A stretch of DNA of 64,000 nt from Mobula hypostoma (GCF_963921235.1 NC_086097.1:20586001-20650000), one strand, 5' to 3'; shown: positions 25,635 through 37,937, counted from the stretch's first letter. Notes: generated by a model not told the origin, from the sequence alone. Numbers and translations are program-made.

Positions 25635-28600
25635 CAATATGACTTATACCAGAAGTGAACAACAAATTAATTAAAATGTTACTGGACACTGGATCAGCTT
25701 TTCCACAAAATGAGTTTGAACAGCATTTCAAAGATACTGAACTGAAGCCTGCAGATATCCAAATAAGAACTGAAACTGGATAAAAGATCATTCCTGTGGG
25801 AATGACTTCATTACAGTGAAATACAACAACCTGCAAGTCACATTGGGCTTGTAAGTGGTAAAAACAGGAGGGGACAGCATTGTGGGGCCATGATTGTCTG
25901 GGACATCTACATCTTGGTTGGAGATCTATCCATTTGCATGCCACATCCCCTGCAATGGAGTCAACTGAGAGCAAATTAAGAAAGGCACTGGATGATACCA
26001 CAGCAGTGTTCAAGGATGGCGTTAGAAAACTCAAACATATCAAGGGTAAAATAGTGTTAAATGGAAGTGCTACACTGGAGTTTTACTAAGCCCATCCAGT
26101 TCTTTATACCATCCGTGATAAAGCAGCTCGATCGCATGGAGGCTGAAGGAATTCTTTCCAAGGTTGAGTGGAGCCCATGGCCAATGCCAGTGGTCCGAGT
26201 AGCTAAGAAGCATGAATCTGTCAGGATCTGTGGGGATTTTAAGGTTGCCATCAATCCAGTCTGAAAGTATATCAATACCCTCTGCCCAGGGTAGAGGACA
26301 TCTTTGCAAGCCTTTCTGGAGGGAAACACTTCAGCAAAGTGGACTTGGCTGAGGCCTGTCTACTGATGGGTCCAAAGTGTTTCTCATTATAAGTACTCAC
26401 AAAGGGCTTTATCGCTGTAATGGGCTTATTTTTGGAGTGGCATCTGCACCTGCACTCTGGTGGAAAGCTATGGATCAGCTACCAGGTTCTCAGTGTTACT
26501 CGGATGACATAATCGTTACCAGTAAGGATGACAAGAAACACTTCCAAAATCTCAAGACAGTGTTAAAAAGATTAGAAGATTAGGGGCTTAGAACATGACA
26601 CGGCAAGTGTGAATTCTTTAAACCAAGCATCACTTAATGAGGTCACACTATTGACACACAGGGATTACACTGGTGTGTTGAGAAAATTCAAGCAGTGGTG
26701 GATGTCCCAAGGCTAAAGGACATGTCACAGTTATGGTCACTTTTAGGATTTGTCAGTTACTACAAAAGTTCCTGCCAAATCTGGCTACTGTGCTCCATCC
26801 CTTGAACTTATTTCACAGGTTGGGAAAAAATGGCAATGGACAAAGTAGTGTGAGGTGGCTTTCCAAAAGGCAAAGGAAATGGTGAACACAGACATTATGA
26901 TCCATATCATCTAGTGAAGCTTGCCTGTGCCGCCTTACCTCATGAAGTCACATCACATGTTAAGAGTGATGGAAGTGAGCGCCCTGTAACCTTACTGCTG
27001 CAGAGAAAAATGATGCACAGATTGACAGAGAAGCCTTGAGTCTGAATTGGAGTGTAAACCGGGGGAGTTTACCCTCATTACTGATCATCAACCTCTGGTT
27101 CCATTTTCAATCCACAGAAGAGTGTTCCACTAGCAGCAGCAGGAATGTGTGCAGAGATGGGCTCTGTTTCTTGAAGAACACAATACAAGATCGAATTCAA
27201 GAGGATGGCTAATCATGGAAAAGCAGATGGACTGTCCCGTTTACCTTTGGAAAAGGGAATACCTGAAAATTTTATGAAAGAAGACACTCCTCGTGATGTA
27301 TTCTCCCTAATGCAAATTGAAGGTCTCCCTTTTACGGCAGAGATGATCCGATGGGAATCCAGAAAATACCCCACACTACCTCAGGTCTCCATGGCAACCT
27401 AAAATGGCTGGAATTGCAGCAGAAATTCCAGTTCCCCCATTTTTACTAGCGCCAGGACGAACATGCCTTTGACTGGGGTTGCCTTGTGTGGGGATTGAGA
27501 GTTGTTGTACCATCCAAGCTGAGAACTGAAGTGTTGGAGGAACTAAAGGGTGGTCATCTAGGCAAGGCCAAAATGAAAGCATTGGCTCGAAGCTTCGTCT
27601 GGTGGACTGGGATAGATCAGCAGATCAAACAGCTTGCCATGCACTTCTCAGGATGCTAAGATGTCCAGGAGACGTCAAGAGCAGCGCCTCTCCATCCCTA
27701 GGAATGACCTGCAATGCCTTAGCAGGCGATTCATGTGGATTGTGCCAGACCATTCATGGGCACAAATTTCTTGGTAGCAGTGGATGCAGCTACAAAGCGG
27801 TCAGTGACAATGGACCACAGTCTGCTGCGAAACAGTTTCAGTCATTCCTGAAAATGAATGGAATAAGACACATTACACCTGCACTGTACCACCCAGCTCC
27901 AAATAGCTTGGATGATTTGTCCATAATCTAAAGAATGTGCTGTGAGCAATATTAGCAGACTGCACTATGAGCAATGTCAGCAGAATACCCTACGCTGACA
28001 CTGAATCAGAAGCTTGCCAGTTTCCTTCCAACACACTCCACAACCAGCAACTCATCAGCTATGCTGCTCCTGGGTCGTCCTGTGCGCTCACGCTTGGATC
28101 TCCTCAAACCCAATCTCAGGAGAAGTAAACAGGACAAACAGCTGGGACAAATTGAGGGGTCCTCAAACAAGGAGGTTCGATGTTTCACTCCTGGACAAGC
28201 AATCCTGGCGAGGGACTACAGAGGTGATCAGAAATGGGTATTTGGAAAAATTAAGGACAGAACTGTACCACTGTCCCACACAGTGGAGATTGTATCTGAT
28301 ATCATCTGGAGATGACACTTCAATCAGTTGAGAGCTGAGTCGATTGTTAGGAGAAGAATGGTGTCCAGATCAGTCAGAAACATTTCCCATTGTCGCAGAG
28401 TCAACTCTTACAACCACCATGGAGGAGGCCCCAGAACCTGAGATAGTTTCACAGCCACATCTGCCAAACAGAGTGACCCCACCCTCCCCACCACCACCCC
28501 TTGTCAAGGTATCATCCCACAAGAGTAAGAAATCCACCACAGCGTTTAAATCTTTAGGCCTGAATGGGACAATTAAAAAAATTACTATGTTATGGATGTC

Positions 28601-28946
28601 AATATGGTAGTTTTATAACATGCAGTATACACGTATATAAGATGACTAGAGAGCAGCATGTTACATGTTTGAGTTGAGATGCATTCTGTATTGAGTTGGA
28701 GTTTATAGCAAAGCAGGGAGGAGTGTTGTATTTAATATTTCAGTAATATTTGAGTAATATTTTTTGATTAGGCATTCTTTATTTAACAATTCGTCATGGG
28801 TTATGTGTAAGAAGTACGTGAATGGCATACGTTATTACGCCATCATGTTATATGTGAGCACCTCATTACATAAAGCTAAGTTCACATGTATTCTGGGCTC
28901 CTGCTTCTTTCCTTTCATTTGGTTTCTGGGGCTACAAAACATAACG
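25635..28946 (+). mobile_element. Degenerate Ty3/Gypsy LTR retrotransposon: protease-RT-RNaseH-integrase remnants plus 3' LTR (28724-28946)
   Basis: LLDTGSA protease motif near 25680, RICGDFKVAINP, YSDDIIV (degenerate YLDD), ADGLSRLP and SDNGPQ. Purine tract agcagggaggag immediately before TGTTG at 28724. Many stops and frameshifts. Confidence 0.9.
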
Positions 28947-29895
28947 GGGAAATCAAAAGCAGAATGCAGAATGAAGTGTCACAGTTACAGAGAAAGTGCA
29001 GTGCAGGCAAGGCAATAATGTGCAAGCCCATAACAAGGTAGATTGTGAGGTCAAGAGTCCATCTTCTCATACCAGAAAACCATTCAATAGTTTTATAACA
29101 GTGCAATAGAAGCTGTCCTTAAGGTTGGTGGTATGTGCTTGCAGACTTTTTTGTCTTCTGCCTGATGGTAGGGGAGAGAAGTGGAATGTCCAGGATGGGT
29201 AGGGTCTTTGATTATTTTGTCTAGTTTACTGAACAGGTGAGAAGTGTAGATGTTGTGGATATTAGTTGTGCAGATTCATGACTTTGTAGGGTTGACATTC
29301 TTTTAAAGTTAGAATACAGTTGGAAAACCTTAATATCAAGTGTACGTAGAGCTTTTTGTGATTGCCACATAGAGGTCAAAAAGTATCATTAGAACTACAA
29401 GATGATTTCTTTTTATTCTTTTTTGTCCTGTACAACTTGTTCAAGACAACAAAATCACAGTCTGAAGAATTGAGGTCCAAGCATTCATCAAAATCAAATG
29501 GATTTTTGTTTGTTGCTCCAGATGCTAGGAATCTGGAACAAGAAACAAAAAGATGAAGGAACTCAGCAGGAATGGCAACATCTTTGGAGGGAAATGGATA
29601 GTTCATGCTTCGGGTCAAGACCCTTCATCAGTACCGTCCATCAAAATAGGTTGGTCAGCTGAGACTGCAAACCTCCTCTGAGCCACCTTCATTGGAGTCC
29701 TTGTTAAAGGAGACCTGTGAATGGGTTAGCTGGAAAATGATGGTTGGTGTAGAGGAAAAGGATAGTAGAAACACAGAAGAAAAACGGAACAAAATGGGAT
29801 GAGCTTACCACAAACGTTTAAAATGTTTAAATTAAAAATGTAAATGATTCACTGATAATACAAAAGTTTTCTTGATTTTCTTTTCCTTGATTCAG

Positions 29896-30000
29896 ACATA
29901 CAGGGATCTTAAAGATCGCCAGCAGCTGATCTTGTACAGAAACAAAATGGACAAAAACTCCCTAGAGCAGTTGAAGATAGACTGCATCCTGAACAATTCT
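29896..30000 (+). CDS. VIPAS39: VIPAS39 penultimate coding exon, [35 protein letters not shown]
   Basis: Acceptor gattcAG, donor GTgagt, 105 nt, phase 0. [11 protein letters not shown] matches the remembered human sequence. Confidence 0.95.
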
Positions 30001-30826
30001 GTGAGTGAGACATTGATTTTGTCTCTTCTGTGGCACAGGCCTGAAATGTTTTGAGCTGATGAGACAGCCAACTGATATGCTTTAAAACAATGGTCCATTG
30101 GAGAATTAGAGACAACCTGTTAAAACACTTGAGTGGTTGGGAGTGAGGGCCAGCAAAAAAAGTGGGAAATGAACAGTGCCGGCAGCATTGTCAAAGACCC
30201 CTCCGGTTTGCAGATTTTCTGTTGTTTGTGATTGGACCCCTCCCATCCTTCCCACAATCTCTTTGCCCTCCAGCCGTCAGGTACCACAGCATAAAAACCA
30301 GCACTGTAAAGCAGGGTAACAGCTCCTTTCCCCAGGATGTTAGATTTCAGAAAACCCTGCTGCACCTTATCTGGATGTCCTGTTCCCCACCCCCCAGCTC
30401 TCCAACTCACAGACACTATCTCATACTGCACTGGTCACTTTTATTGCTGCTGTTTCACATAGCTATACAGCACTTGTTTTATTATAATAGTGACAGTAAC
30501 GTTATACTGTCTTGCATAATCATTCATTTTCATTCAGCTGTAAACGTTTGTTTGTTTATTTATGGAGATGCAGTGCAGAGCAAGCCCACCTGGCTCTTCG
30601 AGCCACACGGCTCAGTAATCACCCAACCTACTCCTGGCCTAATCACGGAACAATTTACAATGACCAATTAACCTACAGACTGGTACATCTTTGGACCAGA
30701 GCACCTGGAGAAAACCCGTGCAGTCACAGGGAGAACGTACAAACTCCCTCTCCCTCTGTGTCTCTGTTGATTGACAATAAACTTGAACTTGAGCTTGATG
30801 CTAGATCTGAATTTTCTATTTTACAG

Positions 30827-30847
30827 CAAATCAGATGGAAAAATTGA
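30827..30847 (+). CDS. VIPAS39: VIPAS39 last coding exon, QIRWKN-stop
   Basis: Acceptor ttttacAG. Human VIPAS39 ends in QIRWKN as remembered. Confidence 0.93.
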   Translation, partial: QIRWKN

Positions 30848-31408
30848 TGGCGACAGGTTCACTGCCGGATTGTCTCCAGTGCTGAAGAGAGCAGGGGTTG
30901 GAGAACCTGGTAATGAGGATGGGAAAGCATCATCTTCACCCACTTTCTGAGAACCGCCGGTTTCTTCTCCCTTGTGTTTATAATTGATAATTCTGGGAGC
31001 TTACATGTACTATGCATGTATACTTCATGTGTATTCAGTGGTTCCTTTTCAAGGGTTGTGACGTTTAATAATGGGGGGAGGAATATGGGAGATGTCGAAG
31101 CAAAGTCAGACTCAAGGAGGAGGTGTAGGTCGCCCAGCCGTAAGTATGAATATATGGAGCACATCACCGTATTGTTTGGGGATACAGCTGTTTGGTTTTA
31201 GCCTTTGCAAGTTTCTGGTCAAACTCACTGATAGGACTTTGAAAGATGAACAAAAAAATAGCCTATTTATTGTCTGTGTCTGTGAGTTCTTCAGTACTCC
31301 TGAACCTCCCCCCTGCCGTGTAATCTACAAAAGTCTATTTCTCTACCATTATTCCAGCATTAACGAGAGGTACGATACTTGTACAGAAAACAGTAAGAAT
31401 ACATTTTT

Positions 31409-31414
31409 AATAAA
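31409..31414 (+). terminator. Likely VIPAS39 polyadenylation signal AATAAA
   Basis: Canonical hexamer about 560 nt after the stop, followed by a U/GU-rich tract (tttctatgtttgcagttg). Confidence 0.6.
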
Positions 31415-31490
31415 GTGCCAAACTCCAGTACCTTTCTATGTTTGCAGTTGATTTACTTAAAACACATGATGGCTGATTACACAACAGTAC

Positions 31491-32334
31491 AGACCACACA
31501 GTGGTGGTCCTACCTACACCAGTGTAGACCACACAGTGGTAGCCCTACCTACACCAGTGTAGACCATACGGTGATAGTCCTACCTACACCAGTGTAGACC
31601 ACACAGTGGTAGTCCTACCTACACCAATGTAGACCGTACAGTGATGGTCCTACCTACACCAGTGTAGACCACACAGTGGTAGCCCTACCTACACCAGTGT
31701 AGACCGTACAGTGGTAGTCCTACCTACACCAATGTAGACCGTACAGTGATAGCCCAACCTACACCAGTGTAGACCGTACAGTGATGGTCCTACCTACACC
31801 AGTGTAGACCGTACAGTGGTAGTCCTACCTACACCAGTGTAGACCGTACAGTGATGGTCCTACCTACACCAGTATAGACCACACAGTGGTGGTCCTACCT
31901 ACACCAGTGTAGACCGTACAGTGATGGTCCTACCTACACCAGTGTAGACCGTACAGTGATGGTCCTACCTACACCAGTGTAGACCACACAGTGGTAGTCC
32001 TACCTACACCAATGTAGACCGTACAGTGGTAGTCCTACCTACACCAGTGTAGACTGCACAGTGATGATCCTACCTACACCAGTGTAGACCACACAGTGGT
32101 GGTCCTACCTACACCAGTATAGACCACACAGTGGTGGTCTTACCTACACCAGCGCAGACCGTATGGTGATGGTCCTACCTGCACCAGTGTAGACCGCACA
32201 GTGATGGTCCTACCTACACAGGTGTAGACTGCACAGTGATGATCCTACCTACACCAGTATAGACCGTACAGTGATGGTCCTACCTACACCAGTGTAGACC
32301 GTACAGTGATGGTCCTACCTACACAGGTGTAGAC
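31491..32334. repeat. Minisatellite: 24 tandem copies of a 35-bp unit (agaccRYacagtgRtRgtcctacctacaccagtgt)
   Basis: Unit starts recur every 35 nt from 31491 to 32296 (840 bp, no indels), followed by a partial agac. Confidence 0.97.
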
Positions 32335-32960
32335 AACACTTCACTTCTCATGGAACATAGACCAGTACAGCACAGTACAGGCCCTTCTTCCCGTGATCTT
32401 GTGCTGACCTCTTAACCCACTCCAAGATCAGTCTAAGCATTTCCTCTGACAAAGCCCTCCATTTTTCTTTCATCCATGTGCGTATCTAAGCATCTCTTAG
32501 ATATCCCTTACATACCTGCCTCTACCACCACCCCGGCAATGAGTTCATGAAGCTATCATTCCCTGTGCAAAAAAAAACCCACCTCTGACATTCCCCCAAT
32601 ACTTCCTTCCAAGCACCTTAATGTTATACCCTCTCATATTACCAATTTCTGCCATGGGAAAGAGTCTTATATTCTATAGTTTGCCAGTGGCAGCATTTGG
32701 GTAAGGGTGGAGGGTGGAAATTAGTCTCCCAGGAAGGTTGCTTTGTATATCTCACATTGCAGTTGTAGGTTACCCACTGTGCCATCAGTGGTTCATAAAG
32801 GGCACTGATCACCACAAGACCAATCAGGCAAGGACAATTAATGCTGACCCCACCAGAGGAACCTACTGTACATCCCAGAGGCATTGAAACAAAACGTCCA
32901 CAAGCTAAGTCAATGAACAATGCAGAGCTTTGGATACAGAATGGGATTAAAGCTTCAAAG

Positions 32961-33123
32961 GAAAAAAGTACTGTCGACGTTTCTGGCTGAGACCCCGCCA
33001 AAGGGTCTCGGCCCGAAACGTCAACTGTACTTTTTTCCATAGATGCTGCCTAGCCTGCTGAGTTCCTCCACCATTTTGTGTCTGTTGTTTGGATTTCCAG
33101 CATCTGAAGATTTTCTCTTGTTT
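32961..33123. mobile_element. Tiny fold-back Penelope terminal insertion
   Basis: 36-bp inverted arms (32960-32995 and 33003-33038), then the Penelope terminus. Imperfect 14-bp TSD at 32947-32960 and 33124-33137. Confidence 0.65.
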
Positions 33124-33499
33124 TTAAAGATTCAGAGATCAAGACTCAAGGTACATTTATTGTCAAAGTATGTATAAACTATACAACTTAGAGATTTGTC
33201 TGGTTATAGGCAGCAACAAAGCAAGAAACTTGAAAAAAACCCACTTTAAAAAATAGAGCGGCACCCGATGCGCAGAGAAAGTTATCGCTGACACGAGAAA
33301 GTTGATGGTTGCATTTATCAGAAGCTGGGGGTGATTTCTCGTAACTCGTTATTAATTTGAAAAAAAGTTCTGGGGTAGTGATGGGCGCTATGAAAAGATG
33401 TTGACTTCCAATTGTGGAAAGCTGAGAACAATTCAAGCCAATATACAAAACCCAGAGGACTAATGACTACAATTCCCACAATACCCCGTGCTACAGGGT

Positions 33500-33717
33500 G
33501 CTAAACAAATGCCTTAATTTCCATTTCGATAGAAGCATCGTTGTCTCAGTTTGGAGAAGGCAAACACCTTGCCAATTACTTCGTTTCATCTTCAACGACG
33601 TTGTAGCAAGGCCGAGTCTTTGACTACACTGCTTGTTTCAGTGCTCTGAGGCGTCGAAGGACCCGCCCTTAGCAACGCGTCCCGGCGCCGTGTCTCCAAG
33701 GGTCGGTTGGCGCGGTG
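33500..33717 (+). promoter_or_regulatory. AK7 proximal promoter / 5' UTR, small CpG-rich island with candidate forkhead and RFX X-box-like sites
   Basis: CpG-dense tract about 33590-33845, TAAACAAA at 33502-33509 and CCGCCCTTAGCAAC at 33663-33676. Confidence 0.6.
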
Positions 33718-33816
33718 ATGGCGGACGAAGAGGGTACCGGGGCGCCGAAGAAAATCCGGAGCAAGTGGATCTTCCTCAACCACCTGGACTCGTTCGTTGG
33801 CCGTTACGTGGGGAAA
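33718..33816 (+). CDS. AK7: Adenylate kinase 7 coding exon 1, MADEEGTGAPKKIRSKWIFLNHLDSFVGRYVGK
   Basis: ATG in good Kozak context (gtgATGg) inside a CpG island, donor GTcagt. Resembles the remembered human AK7 N-terminus (MAEEE...RVFINLLDSY..GNIGK). Confidence 0.88.
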
Positions 33817-33879
33817 GTCAGTGATATGTGCCAACAGCCGAGTGTATCTAAGTGTGAGCGTAAAAAGTTGTGTGTGTGG

Positions 33880-36735
33880 GAAGTAGTTCCAGGGTTAGTG
33901 ATATGTTCATGTGAGATGTGGGAACTCCGGGAGACCTCCAGTCTCTCTGATAACTACATCTGACCAAGGTGAACCGAGCTGCAGCTCCTGAGAGACCGTG
34001 TTAGGGAACTGGAGCTGCAGCTGGATGATTTCGGCTCATATGGTAGATAAGGAGGTGATAGATAGGAGTTACAGAGAGGTGGCCACCCTAGGTTGACGAA
34101 GATAGGTACTTGAGTGACTGTCAGGAGAGAGAGAGAGAGAGGAATTCGGCAGTCAATGCAGAGTAACTCCTGTGGTCATTAATAAGCGTACCTCTTTGGC
34201 CACTGATGTGAGGGACGAGCTATTGGGGTGTTCTCCAGCACTGAGTCTGGCTCTGTGGCTCAGAAGTGAAGGCGGGGTGGGGGGGGGGGGGAGAGGAGTA
34301 CTGTAGTGATAGGGGATTCCATAGGGGACCAGACAGGAGATTTTGTGGATGTAAAAGAGACACACAAATGGTATGTTGCCTCCCAGGTGCCAGGGTCAGG
34401 GATGTTTCAGATTTGGTCCGCAGCTTTCTAAAGGGGGAGGAGGATGAACAGTGATATATGATGGTACATTTTGGTACCAACGACATAGGCAGGAAAAGGG
34501 AGGAAGTCCTGAAGAGAGAATATAGGGAATTGGGTTGAAAGCCGAAAAGCAGGACCTCCAGGTTAGTAATTTCTGCATTACTGTCTGTGCCAGTAAGGGT
34601 AAGCTTAGGATGATTTGGCTTATAAATGCATGGTTGAGAAATTGGTGCAAGGGGAATTGGGTTTCAAATTTCTAGATCATTAGGATCTCTTCTGGAGAAG
34701 ATATGATCTGTACAAAAAGGACGTGTTACACCTGAACTCGAGGGAGGCTAATATCCCTGTGGGCAGGTTTGCTAGAGCTGTTAGGGAGGGTTTAAACTAA
34801 TTTGACAGGGAGATGTCCACATGAGAATGGGGCAGTTTGCATAGAAGTTGATGTAATGGGACTGTGAGAATGGACAGGTGATAGAGCAATATTGCAGAGA
34901 GTGGGATGAATTGAAGTGTAACATGTGGGGCAAAGTTGGAAAGGGTGATGAATACAGGACTGAAGGTGTTATCTTTGAATGCACGTAGTATATGGAATAA
35001 GGTAGATGATCTTGTAACACAGTTAGAGATTGGCAGATATGATTTGAGTTGTGGCTGAAAGTAGATCATAGTTGGGAGGTTAACATCCAAGTATACATTT
35101 TGTATCGATAGGACAGGCAGGTGGGCAGAGGGTGTGGGATGGAGTAGCTCTGTTAGCAATAAATATGAAATCAAATCCTTAGAAAGAGATAACATAGAGT
35201 TGGAAGACATTGAATCTTTGTGGGTAGAGTTAAGAAACTGCAAGGGTAAAAAGACCCTGATGAGAGTTATTGACAGGACTCTGAACAGTAGCCTGGATGT
35301 GGGGTACAAATTACAACGGGAGATAGAACAGGCATGTAAAAAGGGCAATGTTACAATAGTCATGGGGGATTTCAGAGAAGAGGAAGTATTCTAAAGGGAA
35401 GATGAGGCAACCATGGCTGACAAGGTAAATCAAAGTCAACATAAATCAAGAGAGGGCATAAAATAAAGGAAAATTAATGGGAAGTTAGAGGATTGGGAAG
35501 CTTTTAAAACTAACAGAAAGCAACCTAAAAAATCAATCAGGAGAGAAAAGATTAAATATGAAGCTAAGCTAACCAATAATATAAAAGTATATAAGGAGTA
35601 AAAGAGAGTCAAGGGTGGTTATTGGACCACTGGAAAGTGACACTGGAGAGATAGTAATGGGGGACAAAGAAATGGCAGATGAACTTATTAAGAATTTTGC
35701 ATCAGTCTTCAGCATGGAAGACACCAGCAACTTGCCAGAAATTCAAGAGGGTCAGGGGTCAGAAGTGAGTGTAGTTGCTATTACCAAGGAGAAGGTGTTT
35801 GGGACTCTGAAAAGTCAGAAAGAAAGTAATTCACTTGGATCAGAAGGACTACATTTCAGGGTTCTGAAAGTGGTAGTTGAAGCGATTGTGGAGGTATTAG
35901 TTGTAATCTTCAAAGATTAACTGGATTCTGGAATGGTTCTGGAGGACTGGAAAATGCAAATATCACTCCACCTTTTTAAGAAGTGAGGGAGACAAAAGAA
36001 AGGAAATTATAGGCCAGTCAGCCTCACTTCAGTGGTTGGAAAATGTTGAGGTTCATTATTAAGGATAAGGTTTCAGGGGACTTGAGAGCTCATGATAAAA
36101 TAGGCCAAAGTTAACGTGGTTTCCTTAAGGGGAAATCTGACTTGACAAATCTGTTGGAATTCTTTGAAGAAAGAACCAACAGGATAGATAAAGGAAAGTC
36201 AGTGAATGCTGTTTACTAAGATTTTCAGAAAACCTTTGAAAAGCTGCTGCACCTGTGGGTGCTAAACAAGATAAGAGCACGTGGTATTACAGGAAAAATA
36301 CTACCATGGATAGATGTTTAGCTGATTGGCAGCAGGCAAAGAGTGGGAATAAAGAGTGCCTTTCCAAATTGAAAAGTTTATATGTCAATGATTTCGATGA
36401 TGGAATTAAGACCATTAAACTTTGGGGCAGAATTTGGCCATTTGGCCCATCGAATTTGCTCTGCCATTTCATCATGGCTGATTTATTTTCCCTCTCAACC
36501 CTATTCTCCTGCCCTCTGTCTGTAACCCTTAACACCCTTACTGATCGAGAGCCTATCAACCTGCACTTTACATATACCCAATGACTTGGCCTCCACAACT
36601 GACAGTGACAATAAATTTCACAGATTCCCTGCCCTCTAGCTAAGTAAATTCCTCCTCATCTCTGTTCGAAAGGGAACAGTGGAGCAGACTTCATTGGCTG
36701 AATGACCTAATTTTGCTCCCATCTCTTATGGTCTA
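33880..36735 (+). mobile_element. Degenerate, internally deleted CR1 LINE including ORF1 remnants, with a nested antisense CR1 3' end at about 36410-36675
   Basis: CEMWELRETSS..ELQLLRDRVRELELQL (ORF1 N-terminus), VCCLPGARVRDV (esterase-like ORF1), ESLWVELRN (endonuclease) and RT remnants. Confidence 0.85.
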
Positions 36736-37937
36736 AATGCCTGTGCAAAAAGTGGAAGTACAATTGCACACTTGCATTCCTCCAGCACATCTGTACAGTA
36801 GTGCGAGTGAGCATGCATGTGCACATATACTGGCTGAATGTAAGTGCAGGTGTGTCAGTGAGCACGTATGTATGCGTAATTGCACATGCGTACATGCAAG
36901 ACAACCCAAGAGTTGTGTGCAGTTTGTATTTTCAAGACTACGTATGTGTGACATTTCTGTATAAATTTGTAAATGCACGTGTGTGTGTGTGTAATTTTAA
37001 TGAGAAAGTAATTTCTCTTACCGGAGAGCTGTGTTGAAAGGAAAGGCTGGTGAAAATGGAGATATTTTATAATGCATAAAGCACAATGGGGAGGTGAAGT
37101 ATAAGCATGGGAAAAGTGGATCTAGAGCAATAATTTGTTGAATTTGCAAGTATAAAAGGGTTCAAATCAAATTTAGTAAGGATGTTGAATATTTTGCTGA
37201 CTGCTCGGAGTTCTGATTGATGCCAAAGCTACTAGAGTCGGGTTTGCAAGGAAATAGATGTTATGTTACAATGTTTTTAATGTTTATAATGCATTTCTAA
37301 GATGTGGAATTTTCCATAACTATCTTCTGACTTCTTCCTCATTTATTATGAATTAACAGTTCCACCGCTTCGCAAATTTGATCCAACGTTACAGTTGTAT
37401 GAACATGAACTGCAGAAATTCTTTAAAAATCTGTAAGATGAACAGTCTCCAAACCAGTACTCAGCTAATAGGGGCTTTTTTCACTTTGACCTGACCATAC
37501 ATGAAAGAAATAGATCAAATTCTTAAGCATAGCTTAGGAGTATAATTTCATAGTCTGGAACATAACATAATTCAAGGCATTCAGCAAAACATCAGTTTTT
37601 CAGAACTAAAGTTGGCAGTATGACATCAGATAAACATAAGTAAAGGTAACTGGTAGCCAGATCATCTTGCTTTCATCTTTTTCTGAAGTTGAAAAATTTG
37701 ACTGAAGTGTTTTACTGTCAGAATTCTTCAGAATACATAATGTCTATTTTTTCATCTGTATATCTCTGTCATGAAGCATCTATCATGCTGAATTCTACAA
37801 AGATCTTCAGCATGTCATTTATTGATTTCATTGGCGATCTATTGCAAAACATTCAATGTCTTTGCAAAGGTTCCATCTAGGAGATTTAGAGATTAGTACT
37901 TCCAAAGGTTAAATTCTGATGCCTGCTTCTTTCTCAG

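Noticed and set aside
31491..32334. CRISPR-like array (35-bp partly palindromic repeats)
   Set aside because: Units are directly tandem with no unique spacers, there are no cas genes, and the context is a vertebrate genome.
33715..33717. GTG start codon for AK7 as given in the ORF track
   Set aside because: An artefact of allowing alternative starts. The adjacent ATG at 33718 has a good Kozak context and matches the AK7 N-terminus.
36735..37000. Overlapping Cys/His-rich ORFs on both strands
   Set aside because: Low-complexity tgca/tgtg alternating sequence with no coding signal.
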